This document shows positions 28,927 to 39,564 of a stretch of 64,000 nt of DNA, piece after piece. The first letter of the stretch is position 1, and each line of letters begins with the position of its first letter. Under the pieces are notes generated by a model, which was given only the letters and a program-made list of their open reading frames with translations, had not been told where the DNA came from and made no database searches. The stretch covers positions 67,098 to 131,097 of the forward strand of contig NVWA01000008.1 in NCBI GenBank assembly GCA_002746535.1. Direction: 5' to 3'. Source of the DNA: Planctomycetota bacterium (lineage in GTDB: Bacteria > Planctomycetota > GCA-2746535). Position numbers and translations under genes: made by a program.

Positions 28927-31313
28927 AATATTTTTTAGAATATTTTTATAATTTAGATAAGACAGTAGACATTCTTGCTTATCAGGTTCGGTTTGCATTT
29001 AATATACCGGAATGGGTGATTGCATTCTTAGTCATTGCTTCAGGAATCTATAGTTATTGGATATACAAAAAGGAAGCCGATTTTGTAAACCCAATTTATC
29101 GATATACGATGGCTGGGTTTCGTTTTCTTGTGTATGTATTTATCTTGCTTCTACTCTTACAACCAATTTTGATTCTAGATAGAATGGTCGAACCTAAGAG
29201 TAACATTGCCATATTAATTGATACATCGGAAAGCATGGGGATTATTGAAGAAAGTGCTGATGTTGATTACTTTAAAGATCTTAAGTCCGTGTTGGGAGAT
29301 AAAGTTGGTGGAAAACCTATTGAAGAGGCCAATCGTACACAAATTGTTCAAAGTATTTTGAATAGCGAAAAAATTGATTTATTAAATAGCCTTGGTGATA
29401 AGTTTTCTTTACACTTTTTTTCTTTTGGAAAGGAAACTAAGAAGTTGAAAATTCAATGGCAGAATGTCGATGAAAAAGGAAACGCCATTGAAAAAAAACC
29501 GATCGTTATTGCTGAAGCTAAAGAAAATGTAACTCAAATTGGAGCGGCTCAAAGAGATGTTTTGAATTATTTTAAAGGGCAACCTTTGGCAGGTTTGGTT
29601 ATGTTAACAGATGGTGGTAACAATAAAGGTGAAGACCCTGAAATTGTTTCTCAGTCGTTGTTTTTGAAAAAAGTTCCTGTCTTTTCAGTAGGTATCGGTT
29701 TTCCTGAATCAATCGATATTAGCATTGTTGATATTAATATTCCTGAATTATTATTTAAAGACGAAGAAATTGCTGTCGAGGTTCGTTTTAAAGCTAGTTC
29801 ACTTGAAGGGGTAACCGTTCCAGTCAAGATTTCAATGGGAGATCATGAATTACCAGGGAAGCATGAAGTCGTTTGCAAGGATGGATATTTTAGTAAGGAA
29901 TTTGTTATTAAACCTGAAAAAATGGGGCGTTTTTCATTAAAAGTAAGTGTGCCTCAGCAGGACAAAGAATTTTTTATTGATAATAATAAATTAAGTAAAC
30001 AAGTGCGTGTGATTGATAGCAAAATTAGAATTTTAATTGCTGTTGATAATCCAAGTTGGGAATACCGTTACTTAAAAGGAATGCTTAATACAGATGATAG
30101 AATTGAAACAAAAGTATATATTAATAAAGGTGATTTGAGAAGGGCACAGCATGACCCTGATTTTATTTATCCGTTTCCAAAGACTCGAGAAGAATTGAAC
30201 AAAAACTTTGACGTTATTATATTCAATAATATTCCTGCAAGTGCTTTTAATAAAGAATTGGAAGCAATACAAAAATTTGTTTCTGAAGATGGTGGATCAT
30301 TTATTATGTTTGCAGCAACTTCTGGAACTCCGGGAACTTATTTAAATACGCCGATACAAAAAATGTTACCAATTGAATTTAAATCAATTAATCAAAATGT
30401 AAAAGAAGATGAGGCCAAAGAATTTACTCATCCATTTAAATTGCGGTTAACGGCAGATGGTAAATATCATAATGTGACAAGGTTAACTCCATTAGTTGAC
30501 GAAAATGAAAAACTGTGGTTAACGTTGCCTTCTCATTATTGGTATTACAAGGGAATTAAAAGATTAAAACCCGCTGCAATTGCATTGGTAGAACATAGTG
30601 CTGCGGGAAATGAGCATGGTGCAATCCCGCTAATCACTCAACAGAGATATGGTAAGGGGCAAGTGTTATTTTTTGGTGTAAACTCTATGTGGCGTTGGAG
30701 ATTTAAAATAGGGAATAAACATTTCAATAAATACTGGGCTCAAACGATTCAATTTATGGGATTGCCTCATTTACTAGGAACTATGGAGCGAGTTCAATTC
30801 ACTACTGAAGGAAAAGAATTTACGGAAGGTCAGTTGGTTACTACTAGTGTAAAAATTATTACAAAAGAATTTACGCCAATCACTGATGAAGAAATTGTGT
30901 TGATTGCAACAGATAAAGAACAAGGGTTATCAGAACAGTTTAAATTTGCTAGTCAAAAGAAAAAACCTGGTACTTACGAAGGGCAATTATTCCTTAAAAA
31001 AGGAAGTTGGGATATTGTTGTTGAACGATATGAAAAAGAAGGTGATCTGAAATTGAAAGTTACAAAAGCAATGCTTGAATTTGAGAATCCTGCTATGCAA
31101 AAAGGATTATTGAGAAAATTGGCGGATCATTCAGGCGGGAAATTTATTGAAATAAAAGATTTGGCGAATTTAAGAGATCATATTTCTGAAAAAATTCAGA
31201 AAATTAGACAACAAGATGAAATGAAATTATGGGATAATTGGTTTTTCATTTTAGTGATAACGATTTTAGCTTCGATTGAATGGGCTCTTAGAAAAAAGGC
31301 AGATTTACCATGA
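28923..31313 (+). CDS. vWA + GATase1-like domain membrane protein
   Basis: N-terminal TMs, IDTSESM, MLTDG, PSWEYRYL, YGKGQVLF..WRWR, C-terminal TM ..EW.LRK. Confidence 0.82.
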   Translation: MKYFLEYFYNLDKTVDILAYQVRFAFNIPEWVIAFLVIASGIYSYWIYKKEADFVNPIYRYTMAGFRFLVYVFILLLLLQPILILDRMVEPKSNIAILIDTSESMGIIEESADVDYFKDLKSVLGDKVGGKPIEEANRTQIVQSILNSEKIDLLNSLGDKFSLHFFSFGKETKKLKIQWQNVDEKGNAIEKKPIVIAEAKENVTQIGAAQRDVLNYFKGQPLAGLVMLTDGGNNKGEDPEIVSQSLFLKKVPVFSVGIGFPESIDISIVDINIPELLFKDEEIAVEVRFKASSLEGVTVPVKISMGDHELPGKHEVVCKDGYFSKEFVIKPEKMGRFSLKVSVPQQDKEFFIDNNKLSKQVRVIDSKIRILIAVDNPSWEYRYLKGMLNTDDRIETKVYINKGDLRRAQHDPDFIYPFPKTREELNKNFDVIIFNNIPASAFNKELEAIQKFVSEDGGSFIMFAATSGTPGTYLNTPIQKMLPIEFKSINQNVKEDEAKEFTHPFKLRLTADGKYHNVTRLTPLVDENEKLWLTLPSHYWYYKGIKRLKPAAIALVEHSAAGNEHGAIPLITQQRYGKGQVLFFGVNSMWRWRFKIGNKHFNKYWAQTIQFMGLPHLLGTMERVQFTTEGKEFTEGQLVTTSVKIITKEFTPITDEEIVLIATDKEQGLSEQFKFASQKKKPGTYEGQLFLKKGSWDIVVERYEKEGDLKLKVTKAMLEFENPAMQKGLLRKLADHSGGKFIEIKDLANLRDHISEKIQKIRQQDEMKLWDNWFFILVITILASIEWALRKKADLP

Positions 31314-32977
31314 TTCGGGATAATCAAACAGATAAATTGGAAGCAGAACTTTCTTCATTGGGAGTCTCTATTCGAAAGCAACACCTGTATGAAGGAGCCA
31401 TAAAACTGATTGGCTTTGTACTAATTGGGTTAGTTATGTTTTATCTGGTAGATTACTTAGCAAAAATTCCTTATATCCTTCGTCTGATAATTTTAATCAG
31501 TGGTTTGAGTTATGCCTTTTACTGGTATGCATTTAATTTTATTAAAAAATATAATAAATTATTATCAGCACATGATGTCAGCTTAATTGTCGAAAATTCT
31601 AATCCAGATTTACAAAGTAGAGTCGTTTCAACTTTAGAGTTCCAAGCACTTGATAAATTAAATCCAGGAACTTCTGCAAATTTGGTTGAGGGTATGCTTA
31701 GCCAAACCTTTAATTTAATTAAAAATTTAAATTGGAATAGTGTAGTAGAAAAGAAGTGGGTCAAGGGTGCCATGAAAGTCCTTATTACTGGACTAATTAT
31801 TTTCATTGTTGCGGGTGCTATTTCTCAGGAAGCTTTTTCAGTTTTTTTCCAAAGATTACTATTTCCTCATCCAAAATATCCGACCAACACTCAAATTGTT
31901 GACGTTCAATTTGAAAATGTAAACAAAGGCACTAAGGTTCGAATTCCTGAAGGGGAAAAAGTTGTTTTGATCGTTAAAGCTGAAGGTGTGCTTCCAAGAA
32001 TGGGTAAGGTTGAAATGTCTACTGAAAGTGGTTCATCAGCAGATTATGATTTAATTTATGATGAAAAATTAAAATTATACAAAAGTGTTTTAGATGCCAT
32101 CGTGGAGCCTATTGAGGTCACCATTTATTTAGGAGATGATCGTTGGGGTCCTATTGATGTGGAAGTTATACCACGACCAAAAATCAAAAGTATTCGGTTT
32201 AAAATTATACCACCCAAGTATACAGGCTTCAAAAATTCAGTGGAAAATGGTGGGAACTTCCAAGCTTTTGAAGGTTCTAAGGTTACCTATGAGATAGTTT
32301 CTGACAAGCCTCTGAAATCGTTAGAATTTTTTGATTATTCTGATACCAATAAAAAAGTACTTTTGACAAAAGTATCTAGCACCAAATGGAATGGTGAGTT
32401 AAATATTTCCAAGAACTTCAAATATTCTTTTGTTCTTGTGGATAATGAATCATTGAACAGTATCGATATCCCTATTTATAGCATTAGTGTTTTGCATGAT
32501 AAAAAGCCTAGTATTAAAATAAAAGAGCCTTATTTAAATGTCGAAGTAGCCCCCGTTACTGTACTTCCAGTTCATTTGATTATAAGAGATGACATTAGTA
32601 TTCAAAATGTGAATATTTATGCCCAATTAATGGGTAGAGATGAGCAAGGAGAGGAAATTGATTTAGCTGATCCAACCCTTATTTATGAAAAAAAATCTTT
32701 AAATAAGAAGTTAGAAGAGTATAAAGAAGCTACATGGAATATGGCGCCGTTAAAGGCCGTTCCGGGCAATCAAATAAAGATCTGGATTGAAGTAACTGAT
32801 AATAAAGTTCCAGTGCCATTGAAGACGATTTCACCTGAAATAATTGTATCCATTATTTCTGAAGAAGCCTATAGGGCTAAATTAAATGAAGGTTGGCAAC
32901 GTGTAGACAAGAGGGTAATTGATACTACAAAAGATTTGAAAGTAACAGAAGATAACATAAATAAATTAAATAAATAA
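31310..32977 (+). CDS. DUF4175-like membrane protein
   Basis: Three TM segments then Ig-like beta domains (PPKYTG, DKKPSI); position in the MoxR cluster. Confidence 0.65.
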   Translation: MIRDNQTDKLEAELSSLGVSIRKQHLYEGAIKLIGFVLIGLVMFYLVDYLAKIPYILRLIILISGLSYAFYWYAFNFIKKYNKLLSAHDVSLIVENSNPDLQSRVVSTLEFQALDKLNPGTSANLVEGMLSQTFNLIKNLNWNSVVEKKWVKGAMKVLITGLIIFIVAGAISQEAFSVFFQRLLFPHPKYPTNTQIVDVQFENVNKGTKVRIPEGEKVVLIVKAEGVLPRMGKVEMSTESGSSADYDLIYDEKLKLYKSVLDAIVEPIEVTIYLGDDRWGPIDVEVIPRPKIKSIRFKIIPPKYTGFKNSVENGGNFQAFEGSKVTYEIVSDKPLKSLEFFDYSDTNKKVLLTKVSSTKWNGELNISKNFKYSFVLVDNESLNSIDIPIYSISVLHDKKPSIKIKEPYLNVEVAPVTVLPVHLIIRDDISIQNVNIYAQLMGRDEQGEEIDLADPTLIYEKKSLNKKLEEYKEATWNMAPLKAVPGNQIKIWIEVTDNKVPVPLKTISPEIIVSIISEEAYRAKLNEGWQRVDKRVIDTTKDLKVTEDNINKLNK

Positions 32978-32988
32978 AAGGAAATCAA

Positions 32989-34746
32989 ATGTTAAAACAC
33001 GGCACATTAATTCTCTTTGTAATTTTTTCAACAAATTTAGTATGGGCTGATGATGCTGCTGATAAGAAAGCATTAGAAATCAGGAAAACTCAATCAGAAG
33101 TAGCTAGGAAAAAAAGAACAGCAGAGTTTATTGGCAAGGAAATCAAAACTGTTCACCGTGACATGAAATATTCTAATGTAATTAGCAGTAGAATGGTAAA
33201 AAGCGCTCAAGAAGCTCATGAACTAATGACAACTGTATCTGAAGAAAATTTGAAAAACACAAAAATATCTTTACTTGAAGCAGAGCAAAAAAGTGGATCT
33301 AAAAGAGATAAAGCTTTAGGAGATGCTGAGAATGAAGTGGGTAAAGCACTTAAGAATCTTATCAAAATACATAAGTTGGTGGCGAAAAATGCCAATAAAG
33401 CAGAATTTAAAAAGAGGATAAGTAATTTAGCGAAAGCGGTTAAAGCTCAAAATGAAAAGTTAAAAGATGAAGTGAAAAAAGAATTATCAGGTGAGAAGAC
33501 TCCGCAAGAGAAGCTTAATGAGTTAGCAAAAGAAGAGAAAGCGATTCAAGAAGAAGCAAAAAAAATAAATGAAGACCTTGAGAATGCTATTAAAGAAGCT
33601 AAAGCAGAAGAGAAGGCCGAAGAAGCAAATGCCGAAGAGAAATCAGACGCAGAAAAATCGGATGAAGAAAAATCAGAAGAAGCAAATGCCGAAGAGAACT
33701 CAGATGAAGAAAAATCAGAAGAAGCAAATGCTGAAGAGAACTCAGATGAAGAAAAATCAGATGAAGAGAAGTCTGAAGAAGCAAATGCAGAAGAAAATGA
33801 TGAAAATAGTGATGAAGAGAATAGTGATTCTGATGAAAAAAGTGATTCAGAAGAAAAGGAAGAGCTTGCTGAAGATTTGGAAGGCGCCGAAGATAAGGCC
33901 GAGGAAGCCACAGAAGCTATCGAAGAAGGTGATCTTGATAAAGCTTTAGAAGAGAATTCTGAATTGCTAGCTCAAATGGAAAAAGCTGCCGATGAATTAA
34001 ATTCTCAAGAACAAGATAGTGATTCAGATAGTGATCAGGAAAAATCAGAAAGTGAACAGGCTCTTGAAGAATTAAGCGAAGCCGTTTCTGAGCAAAATGA
34101 AAATATTCAAGAGGCAGAAGAAAATAATTCCGAAGGAGAGCTGACTGAAAGTGAAGAGTTTGATGAAGTCCTTTCAAAGCAAAGGGAATTAAGTAAAGCT
34201 TTAAAAAGTGCTAAAGAAAAAGTGGAAGGTAATGAGGAAGCAGAAGCTGCTTTAGATGAAGCTCAAGCTGCTCTTGATGAAGCTCAAGAAAGTCTTGAAA
34301 ATGGTGAATTAGATGAAGCCACTGAAAAAAACGAAAGTGCTGAAGAGTCGATTCAAAAAGCTCAAGAAGCAGTTAAGAAAGAAAAACAAAAAGGTAAGGG
34401 TGAAGGTGAAAAAGAACCGCAAGAACCTAGCAAGCCTGGTGATGGTGAAGAAGAACCGGAAGAAAATAGTGAAGATGGTCCACCAGGACCCCCTGAAGTT
34501 GCAAAGATGACGCCATTTGAAGAATCAAATAAAGCTGCAAAAGAAGGAGATCGGAAAGAAGCGGTACATTTAAGAGAAAATATGATTCAGTTAGGCCACA
34601 TGCCAAATAGTAAAACTGTTTGGACTGACAAGTCTGGTGAAAAGCATAATACTGTTCGGTTGCAAAGTTTACAAAAGAAAGCTCCAAAAGAATATTCGGA
34701 TTTAACTAGGCAATATTTTGAAGCACTTGCAACCTTAACGCAGTAA
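32989..34746 (+). CDS. Exported, highly acidic coiled-coil/low-complexity protein
   Basis: Signal peptide (..LVWA-DD), E/D/S-rich repeats, C-terminal P.EY...RQYFEAL motif typical of such cluster proteins. Confidence 0.75.
   Translation: MLKHGTLILFVIFSTNLVWADDAADKKALEIRKTQSEVARKKRTAEFIGKEIKTVHRDMKYSNVISSRMVKSAQEAHELMTTVSEENLKNTKISLLEAEQKSGSKRDKALGDAENEVGKALKNLIKIHKLVAKNANKAEFKKRISNLAKAVKAQNEKLKDEVKKELSGEKTPQEKLNELAKEEKAIQEEAKKINEDLENAIKEAKAEEKAEEANAEEKSDAEKSDEEKSEEANAEENSDEEKSEEANAEENSDEEKSDEEKSEEANAEENDENSDEENSDSDEKSDSEEKEELAEDLEGAEDKAEEATEAIEEGDLDKALEENSELLAQMEKAADELNSQEQDSDSDSDQEKSESEQALEELSEAVSEQNENIQEAEENNSEGELTESEEFDEVLSKQRELSKALKSAKEKVEGNEEAEAALDEAQAALDEAQESLENGELDEATEKNESAEESIQKAQEAVKKEKQKGKGEGEKEPQEPSKPGDGEEEPEENSEDGPPGPPEVAKMTPFEESNKAAKEGDRKEAVHLRENMIQLGHMPNSKTVWTDKSGEKHNTVRLQSLQKKAPKEYSDLTRQYFEALATLTQ
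33616..33800 (+). repeat. Intragenic tandem repeat (42-bp unit built from shorter subunits)
   Basis: GATGAAGAAAAATCAGAAGAAGCAAATGCYGAAGAGAACTCA at 33661-33702 and 33703-33744 (one mismatch) with degenerate flanking copies; encodes DEEKSEEANAEENS. Confidence 0.85.
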
Positions 34747-34754
34747 AAGAAATT

Positions 34755-35765
34755 ATGAAAACATTAATTTTTATTTCTATTTTTATTCTGTCTTTTTGTG
34801 TATTTTCACAAGCTCATTCCAAAGATGAAGTAATCGATATTTCCCCGAAAGTAGATAAGGCTATTGACAAGGCGTTGGCATACTTAGCTTCAACTCAGAG
34901 ATCAGATGGTTCTTGGTCTGACGGAGGTTATGGTAAAAATGTTGGTATTATTTCATTGTGCTTGATGGCTTTTATGTCAAAAGGTAATTTGCCTGGTGAA
35001 GGTAAATATGGTCATGTTGTTGCTAAAGGTTTGGATTGGCTCATTAAACAGGCTAAACCAAGTGGGCTCGTTCAAAATACCGAACGAAAAGCAGGTGGTC
35101 CAGCAATGTATGGCCACGGTTTAGCAGCTTTAGCACTTAGTGAAGTTTGGGGTCAAACAAGAAGAAAAGATGTCGGTGCAGTTCTTAGAAAAGCTATCGA
35201 CTTAATTGTTAAAGTTCAAGGTAAAGGTGGTACGTGGGGATATTATAGTGTTCCAAAAGATGGAGATACCTCGATAACAGTAATGCAAATATTTGCATTA
35301 AAATCTGCTCATGAAGCGGGTATCTATGTTCCAAAAGTAACCATCGAGAAAGCCTTAAAAGCCATAAAAAAGAGGTTTGATAAGAAGCATAAAATGTACG
35401 GTTATAGTGGACCTAAGAATACACCAACTAGTGGGCATATTGGTTCTCATTCTGCTGGGACATGTATCATGCAAATTTGTCGAGAAAAAGATCCTAAGTA
35501 CACGATTGAACCTATGAAAGTTTGTATTTCAATTATGAAAAAACGTCCAAAGCATAATGCTTATTTTATGTATTATGGTTCTGTTTGTACCTATTATGCA
35601 GGTGCTAAATATTACAATGAGTGGCGTAAATATATGGAACCAGTTATGTTGAAAAGGCAAAGAAGTAGTGGGCAAATAGGAAATACTCTTGGAACGGCCT
35701 GGGGCGTCTTAGCCTTATCACTGCCTTATCGGTATATACCTGTTTACCAACATGAGGAAAAGTAA
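34755..35765 (+). CDS. Exported prenyltransferase/squalene-oxidase-repeat (alpha/alpha toroid) protein
   Basis: Signal peptide; KALAYLASTQRSDGSW, MYGHGLAALALSE, VQ..GGTWGY, DTSIT.MQ..ALKSA. Confidence 0.85.
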   Translation: MKTLIFISIFILSFCVFSQAHSKDEVIDISPKVDKAIDKALAYLASTQRSDGSWSDGGYGKNVGIISLCLMAFMSKGNLPGEGKYGHVVAKGLDWLIKQAKPSGLVQNTERKAGGPAMYGHGLAALALSEVWGQTRRKDVGAVLRKAIDLIVKVQGKGGTWGYYSVPKDGDTSITVMQIFALKSAHEAGIYVPKVTIEKALKAIKKRFDKKHKMYGYSGPKNTPTSGHIGSHSAGTCIMQICREKDPKYTIEPMKVCISIMKKRPKHNAYFMYYGSVCTYYAGAKYYNEWRKYMEPVMLKRQRSSGQIGNTLGTAWGVLALSLPYRYIPVYQHEEK

Positions 35766-35768
35766 TTA

Positions 35769-36896
35769 ATGTTGGTCGGTAAACAATTTTTTTTTCTTTT
35801 AATCTTTCTTGTTAGCTCTTTATTTATTTATTCTGCTGAACTTATTTTACTTGATGGTAGTGTTCATAAGGGTGATGTTTCGTTTAAAGATAATTTCTTT
35901 GTAGTAAAAGGAAAAGCCTTTCCTATTGGTACAGTATTAGAGATTAAGTTATCTAAAGGGTTTCCTCAAAAACTAGAGTCTCAACACAGAATTTTTACCA
36001 TAGATGGCTCATGTTTTTTGGGTGCTGTCAAAACAGGGAGTGACTCTAAAATCAAAGTTTGGGATGTTGAATCTCAACCATATGAAATACAATTATCAAA
36101 AGTTCACGCCATATCATTTAAAGAAATAAAAAAAAATGTGACTTACCGATCTCCCGTAAATAATAATTATATTGTTATGGTTCATGGTAAAGTAATTAAA
36201 TGTGATTTAGAATTTTTTACTTTTGTGAATGTTGGAGTAAAAGTAGGTAAAAACAGTTTGAAATTAAAGAAGTCTTTGATTAACAGATTAAATCTAAGGC
36301 CAAAAACTAAAATTAACCCTGATCACAATATCATATTAAAAAGTAGGTATGGCGATAGCATATATGGCAAGCTTTTAAAGTTAGGATTAAACATTGAGAT
36401 TGAGACGGTATTGGGTACTAAGGTCTTTGATAGTAGTGATGTCCTAAGTTTAGAATTAGTATCAGACAGTATTAAATATTTGAATGATTTAAAACCGACT
36501 AAAATTGAAACAGTACCTTATTTAGATATGATTCAGAAGCCAACTTTTAATCAGGGACTGTTTGGAGGAAGTGTTAAAATCCGAAAGAAAAGATATAACA
36601 CTGGTATTTGCATGCAGTCTAGAACTACAATTACTTATAACATTGAAAAGAAATACAGTAGATTTGAAGCAGAAATTGCTTTAGATATTGCAAATGCATT
36701 CAGTGGAAATGCAGACTTTATAGTGTTAGGTGATGGAAAATTGCTCTACAAAAAGAATGTATCTTTAAAATATACAATGATAAAAGTAGATGTACCTATC
36801 AAGGGTGTAACCAATCTTTCATTAAAATTAGATTATGGAAAAAATGGAAGCAGTGGCGATTTTGGAATTTGGGGCAGCCCTAGATTAATTAAATAA
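35769..36896 (+). CDS. Exported NPCBM/NEW2 domain protein
   Basis: Signal peptide; C-terminal GICMQSRT.ITY..Y.RFEA.I..F.VLGDGK..GD..IWG.PRL. Confidence 0.82.
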   Translation: MLVGKQFFFLLIFLVSSLFIYSAELILLDGSVHKGDVSFKDNFFVVKGKAFPIGTVLEIKLSKGFPQKLESQHRIFTIDGSCFLGAVKTGSDSKIKVWDVESQPYEIQLSKVHAISFKEIKKNVTYRSPVNNNYIVMVHGKVIKCDLEFFTFVNVGVKVGKNSLKLKKSLINRLNLRPKTKINPDHNIILKSRYGDSIYGKLLKLGLNIEIETVLGTKVFDSSDVLSLELVSDSIKYLNDLKPTKIETVPYLDMIQKPTFNQGLFGGSVKIRKKRYNTGICMQSRTTITYNIEKKYSRFEAEIALDIANAFSGNADFIVLGDGKLLYKKNVSLKYTMIKVDVPIKGVTNLSLKLDYGKNGSSGDFGIWGSPRLIK

Positions 36897-36919
36897 TCGC
36901 TTTCAAACTTAAAATACAT

Positions 36920-38287
36920 TCAATCGAAATGTTTTAATGAAGATGTGCCAATGGTGAAAACATTGAAGCCAATATCATAGCATTTTTGACGATCAATTAT
37001 TGATCTTCCATCAAATAAAAAGGCCGGCTTTTCCATATGATCATAGATTTTTTGATAGTCTAGATCCTTATAAATATCCCATTCGGTTAAGATCAAAAGG
37101 CTATGAGCTCCTTTAGAGGCCTCATAGGGGTCTTCTGTGAATGAAATCTTACCTTCTAAGTCAGCAAGGTCTTTTTTTGCATTTTCAATTGCTTTAGGAT
37201 CAGAAATGCTTATTTCAGCTCTTTCTTCTAATAATTTTTTAGTTATAGAAATTGCGGGCGATTCTCTGGTATCGCTGGTGTTTGCTTTGAATGCAAAACC
37301 CAAAATACATATTTTTTTTCCGGACAAGGTTCGGAACATATTATTTAACATTCTATCGACTAGGCGTTCTTTTTGGTATTCATTTATATTAACTACGGAT
37401 TCCCAATAATCGGCAACTTCAGTTAACCCGTAATGTCTTGAAAGATATGCTAAATTTAAAATATCTTTTTTAAAGCACGAGCCACCAAAGCCTACTGATG
37501 CTTTCAAAAATTTATTCCCAATACGTGTGTCCATGCCAATAGCTTTGCTAACTTCTTCAATATTTGCATCAGTTTCTTCACAAAGAGCTGATATGGCATT
37601 TATAGATGAAATTCTTTGCGCTAGAAAAGCATTGGCAGTTAATTTTGATAATTCAGAACTCCAAATGTTTGTTGTTAGTATCTTTTCTTTCGGTACCCAA
37701 TTTTGGTATAATTCTACTAGTTTTTGCCGAGCTTTGATGCCATTTTCATTTTCAAAAGATCCTATCAAAACCCGATCAGGATGTAACAAATCATTTATGG
37801 CTGTTCCTTCGGCAAGAAATTCCGGATTAGATAAAATATCAAAATGGTATTTGGCTTTATCTGAATTTAATATTCTTGCCATTGCATCGGCTGTTTTGAC
37901 AGGCAATGTACTTTTTTCTACAATAATTTTATTCGATGTTGAAACATCTAAAATCATTCGGGCTGTTTTTTCCCAATATTCTAGATTGGCAGCATAGCCG
38001 GCACCTTTACCGAATGTCTTTGTAGGAGTGTTAACACTTACAAAAATTATGTCTCCATTTTTAACTGCCTCTTCGACATTTGTAGAAAAGAAAAGGTTTT
38101 TATTACGATTTTTTTTGACTAGATCATCAAGCCCAGGTTCGTAAATAGGAAGTTCTTTTGAGTTCCATGCGTTTATTCTATCTTGATTGATATCAACGCA
38201 TGTAAATTGAATTTCAGGACATTTGCTGGCCATCACAGTGATGGTTGGCCCTCCAACGTAACCGGCCCCAATAAAGACAATGTTCAT
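36920..38287 (-). CDS. ugd: UDP-glucose 6-dehydrogenase
   Basis: GAGYVGGPT, EKST.PV, SNPEFLAEG, GFGGSCFKKD, FKANTSDTRES. Confidence 0.96.
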   Translation of the reverse strand: MNIVFIGAGYVGGPTITVMASKCPEIQFTCVDINQDRINAWNSKELPIYEPGLDDLVKKNRNKNLFFSTNVEEAVKNGDIIFVSVNTPTKTFGKGAGYAANLEYWEKTARMILDVSTSNKIIVEKSTLPVKTADAMARILNSDKAKYHFDILSNPEFLAEGTAINDLLHPDRVLIGSFENENGIKARQKLVELYQNWVPKEKILTTNIWSSELSKLTANAFLAQRISSINAISALCEETDANIEEVSKAIGMDTRIGNKFLKASVGFGGSCFKKDILNLAYLSRHYGLTEVADYWESVVNINEYQKERLVDRMLNNMFRTLSGKKICILGFAFKANTSDTRESPAISITKKLLEERAEISISDPKAIENAKKDLADLEGKISFTEDPYEASKGAHSLLILTEWDIYKDLDYQKIYDHMEKPAFLFDGRSIIDRQKCYDIGFNVFTIGTSSLKHFD

Positions 38288-38311
38288 TTTAATACCTGGA
38301 ATTCCTGACGA

Positions 38312-38776
38312 TTATTTTGAAAATTTATATTCAACAGAACAGATTCTATTATTAATAGTTACTTTTGTAGAAACAATAAAACTATCAAAATGATCAATGA
38401 ATTTCAGCTTGCCAACATAATGAGAAGAAATAAAGACTCCCTGTTGTTTTGGTGAATGTCTTGTCATCGTGACACTAAAAGGAACTTTGCGATTTGAAGG
38501 TCTAACAGAGACTTTGATAGTGGTGTCTTTGATTGAATATCGTTTACCTTTTTTATCAAGAATTTCTAATCTTAATCGTTTCCAATTTTTTGATACATAA
38601 AAGGTAAGTTTATAAGGACCTAGCTGTCGAATAGCTTTGCCAGGAACTTTTGCTTGATTGAGATCATTTGAACTTTTTGAATCGCCTTCAGCGATATTGT
38701 TCTCTTTGTCTTGGCTATAAACAGTAGTGCTTAGTGAAACAACTGAAATTAATAGCAATGAAATTATTTTGAACAT
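38312..38776 (-). CDS. Hypothetical exported protein
   Basis: Signal-peptide-like N-terminus; start overlaps the fliA stop. Confidence 0.65.
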   Translation of the reverse strand: MFKIISLLLISVVSLSTTVYSQDKENNIAEGDSKSSNDLNQAKVPGKAIRQLGPYKLTFYVSKNWKRLRLEILDKKGKRYSIKDTTIKVSVRPSNRKVPFSVTMTRHSPKQQGVFISSHYVGKLKFIDHFDSFIVSTKVTINNRICSVEYKFSK

Positions 38777-39549
38777 TATTTGCCTCCATAACCCAACCTT
38801 TTAAGTCGGTTTCTTAACTTGACTAATAATTTTGCATGAATTTGACTTACACGAGATTCGGTTACTTCAAGTACGCGACCGATTTCTTGCATTGTTAACT
38901 CATCAAAATAGTACATGACTATAATCTTTTTTTCACTGTCAGTCAAGTTTTTAATAAGGAGATCTTTTAATTCTTTGCCAGCTAGAATCTCGCTGGGTTC
39001 TTTTGTCTTTTTTGATTTTAAGAAATCGCCAATATTTGTCTCTCTACTATCAGAACCAGTAGCTTGATCAATTGATAATAATGCCGAAGTATTCGCTTCT
39101 TTGTAAAATGTATGTAATTCAGAGCTAGAAATTTCCATATGTGCAGCTAGCTCATCATCATTTGGTTCACGTCCTAATTGATTTTTTAAATAATTAATAG
39201 CGTTATTAATTTGATTTGATTTCGTTCTGACGCTTCTTGGAATCCAATCACAATGCCTAAGTTCATCAACGATTGAACCTCTTATTCTTAGCGAGCAATA
39301 AGTTTCGAATTTTATATTTCTTGAAAGGTCAAATTTCTCAATTGCATCCATGAGTCCGAACATACCAGCACTTATTAAATCATTGACATCAACGGAATCC
39401 GGCAATCTCATTCGGAACCTTTCGGCTGAGTACTTTACAATGTGTAAATAATTTTCGACTAACCTATTTCTTAGTTCAACATCACCATTGGCTTTAAAAT
39501 CCCGCCACAATTTATCAATGTCTACTTCCTGTTTTGAAACAGTCGCCAC
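38776..39549 (-). CDS. fliA: FliA/WhiG (sigma28) RNA polymerase sigma factor
   Basis: DLISAG.FGL.DAIEKFD, RIRGSIVDELR..DW.PRSVR, EIG.VL.VTESRVSQIH; GTG start with AAGGAG RBS. Confidence 0.95.
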   Translation of the reverse strand: MATVSKQEVDIDKLWRDFKANGDVELRNRLVENYLHIVKYSAERFRMRLPDSVDVNDLISAGMFGLMDAIEKFDLSRNIKFETYCSLRIRGSIVDELRHCDWIPRSVRTKSNQINNAINYLKNQLGREPNDDELAAHMEISSSELHTFYKEANTSALLSIDQATGSDSRETNIGDFLKSKKTKEPSEILAGKELKDLLIKNLTDSEKKIIVMYYFDELTMQEIGRVLEVTESRVSQIHAKLLVKLRNRLKRLGYGGK

Positions 39550-39564
39550 AAACTCTCCTTACCT

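Noticed and set aside
33600-33860. Possible CRISPR array
   Set aside because: Repeats are contiguous, in-frame and coding, with no unique spacers and no cas genes.
33569-33949. Lys/Gln/Met-rich repetitive alternative-frame ORF
   Set aside because: Out-of-frame reading of the purine-rich tandem repeat.
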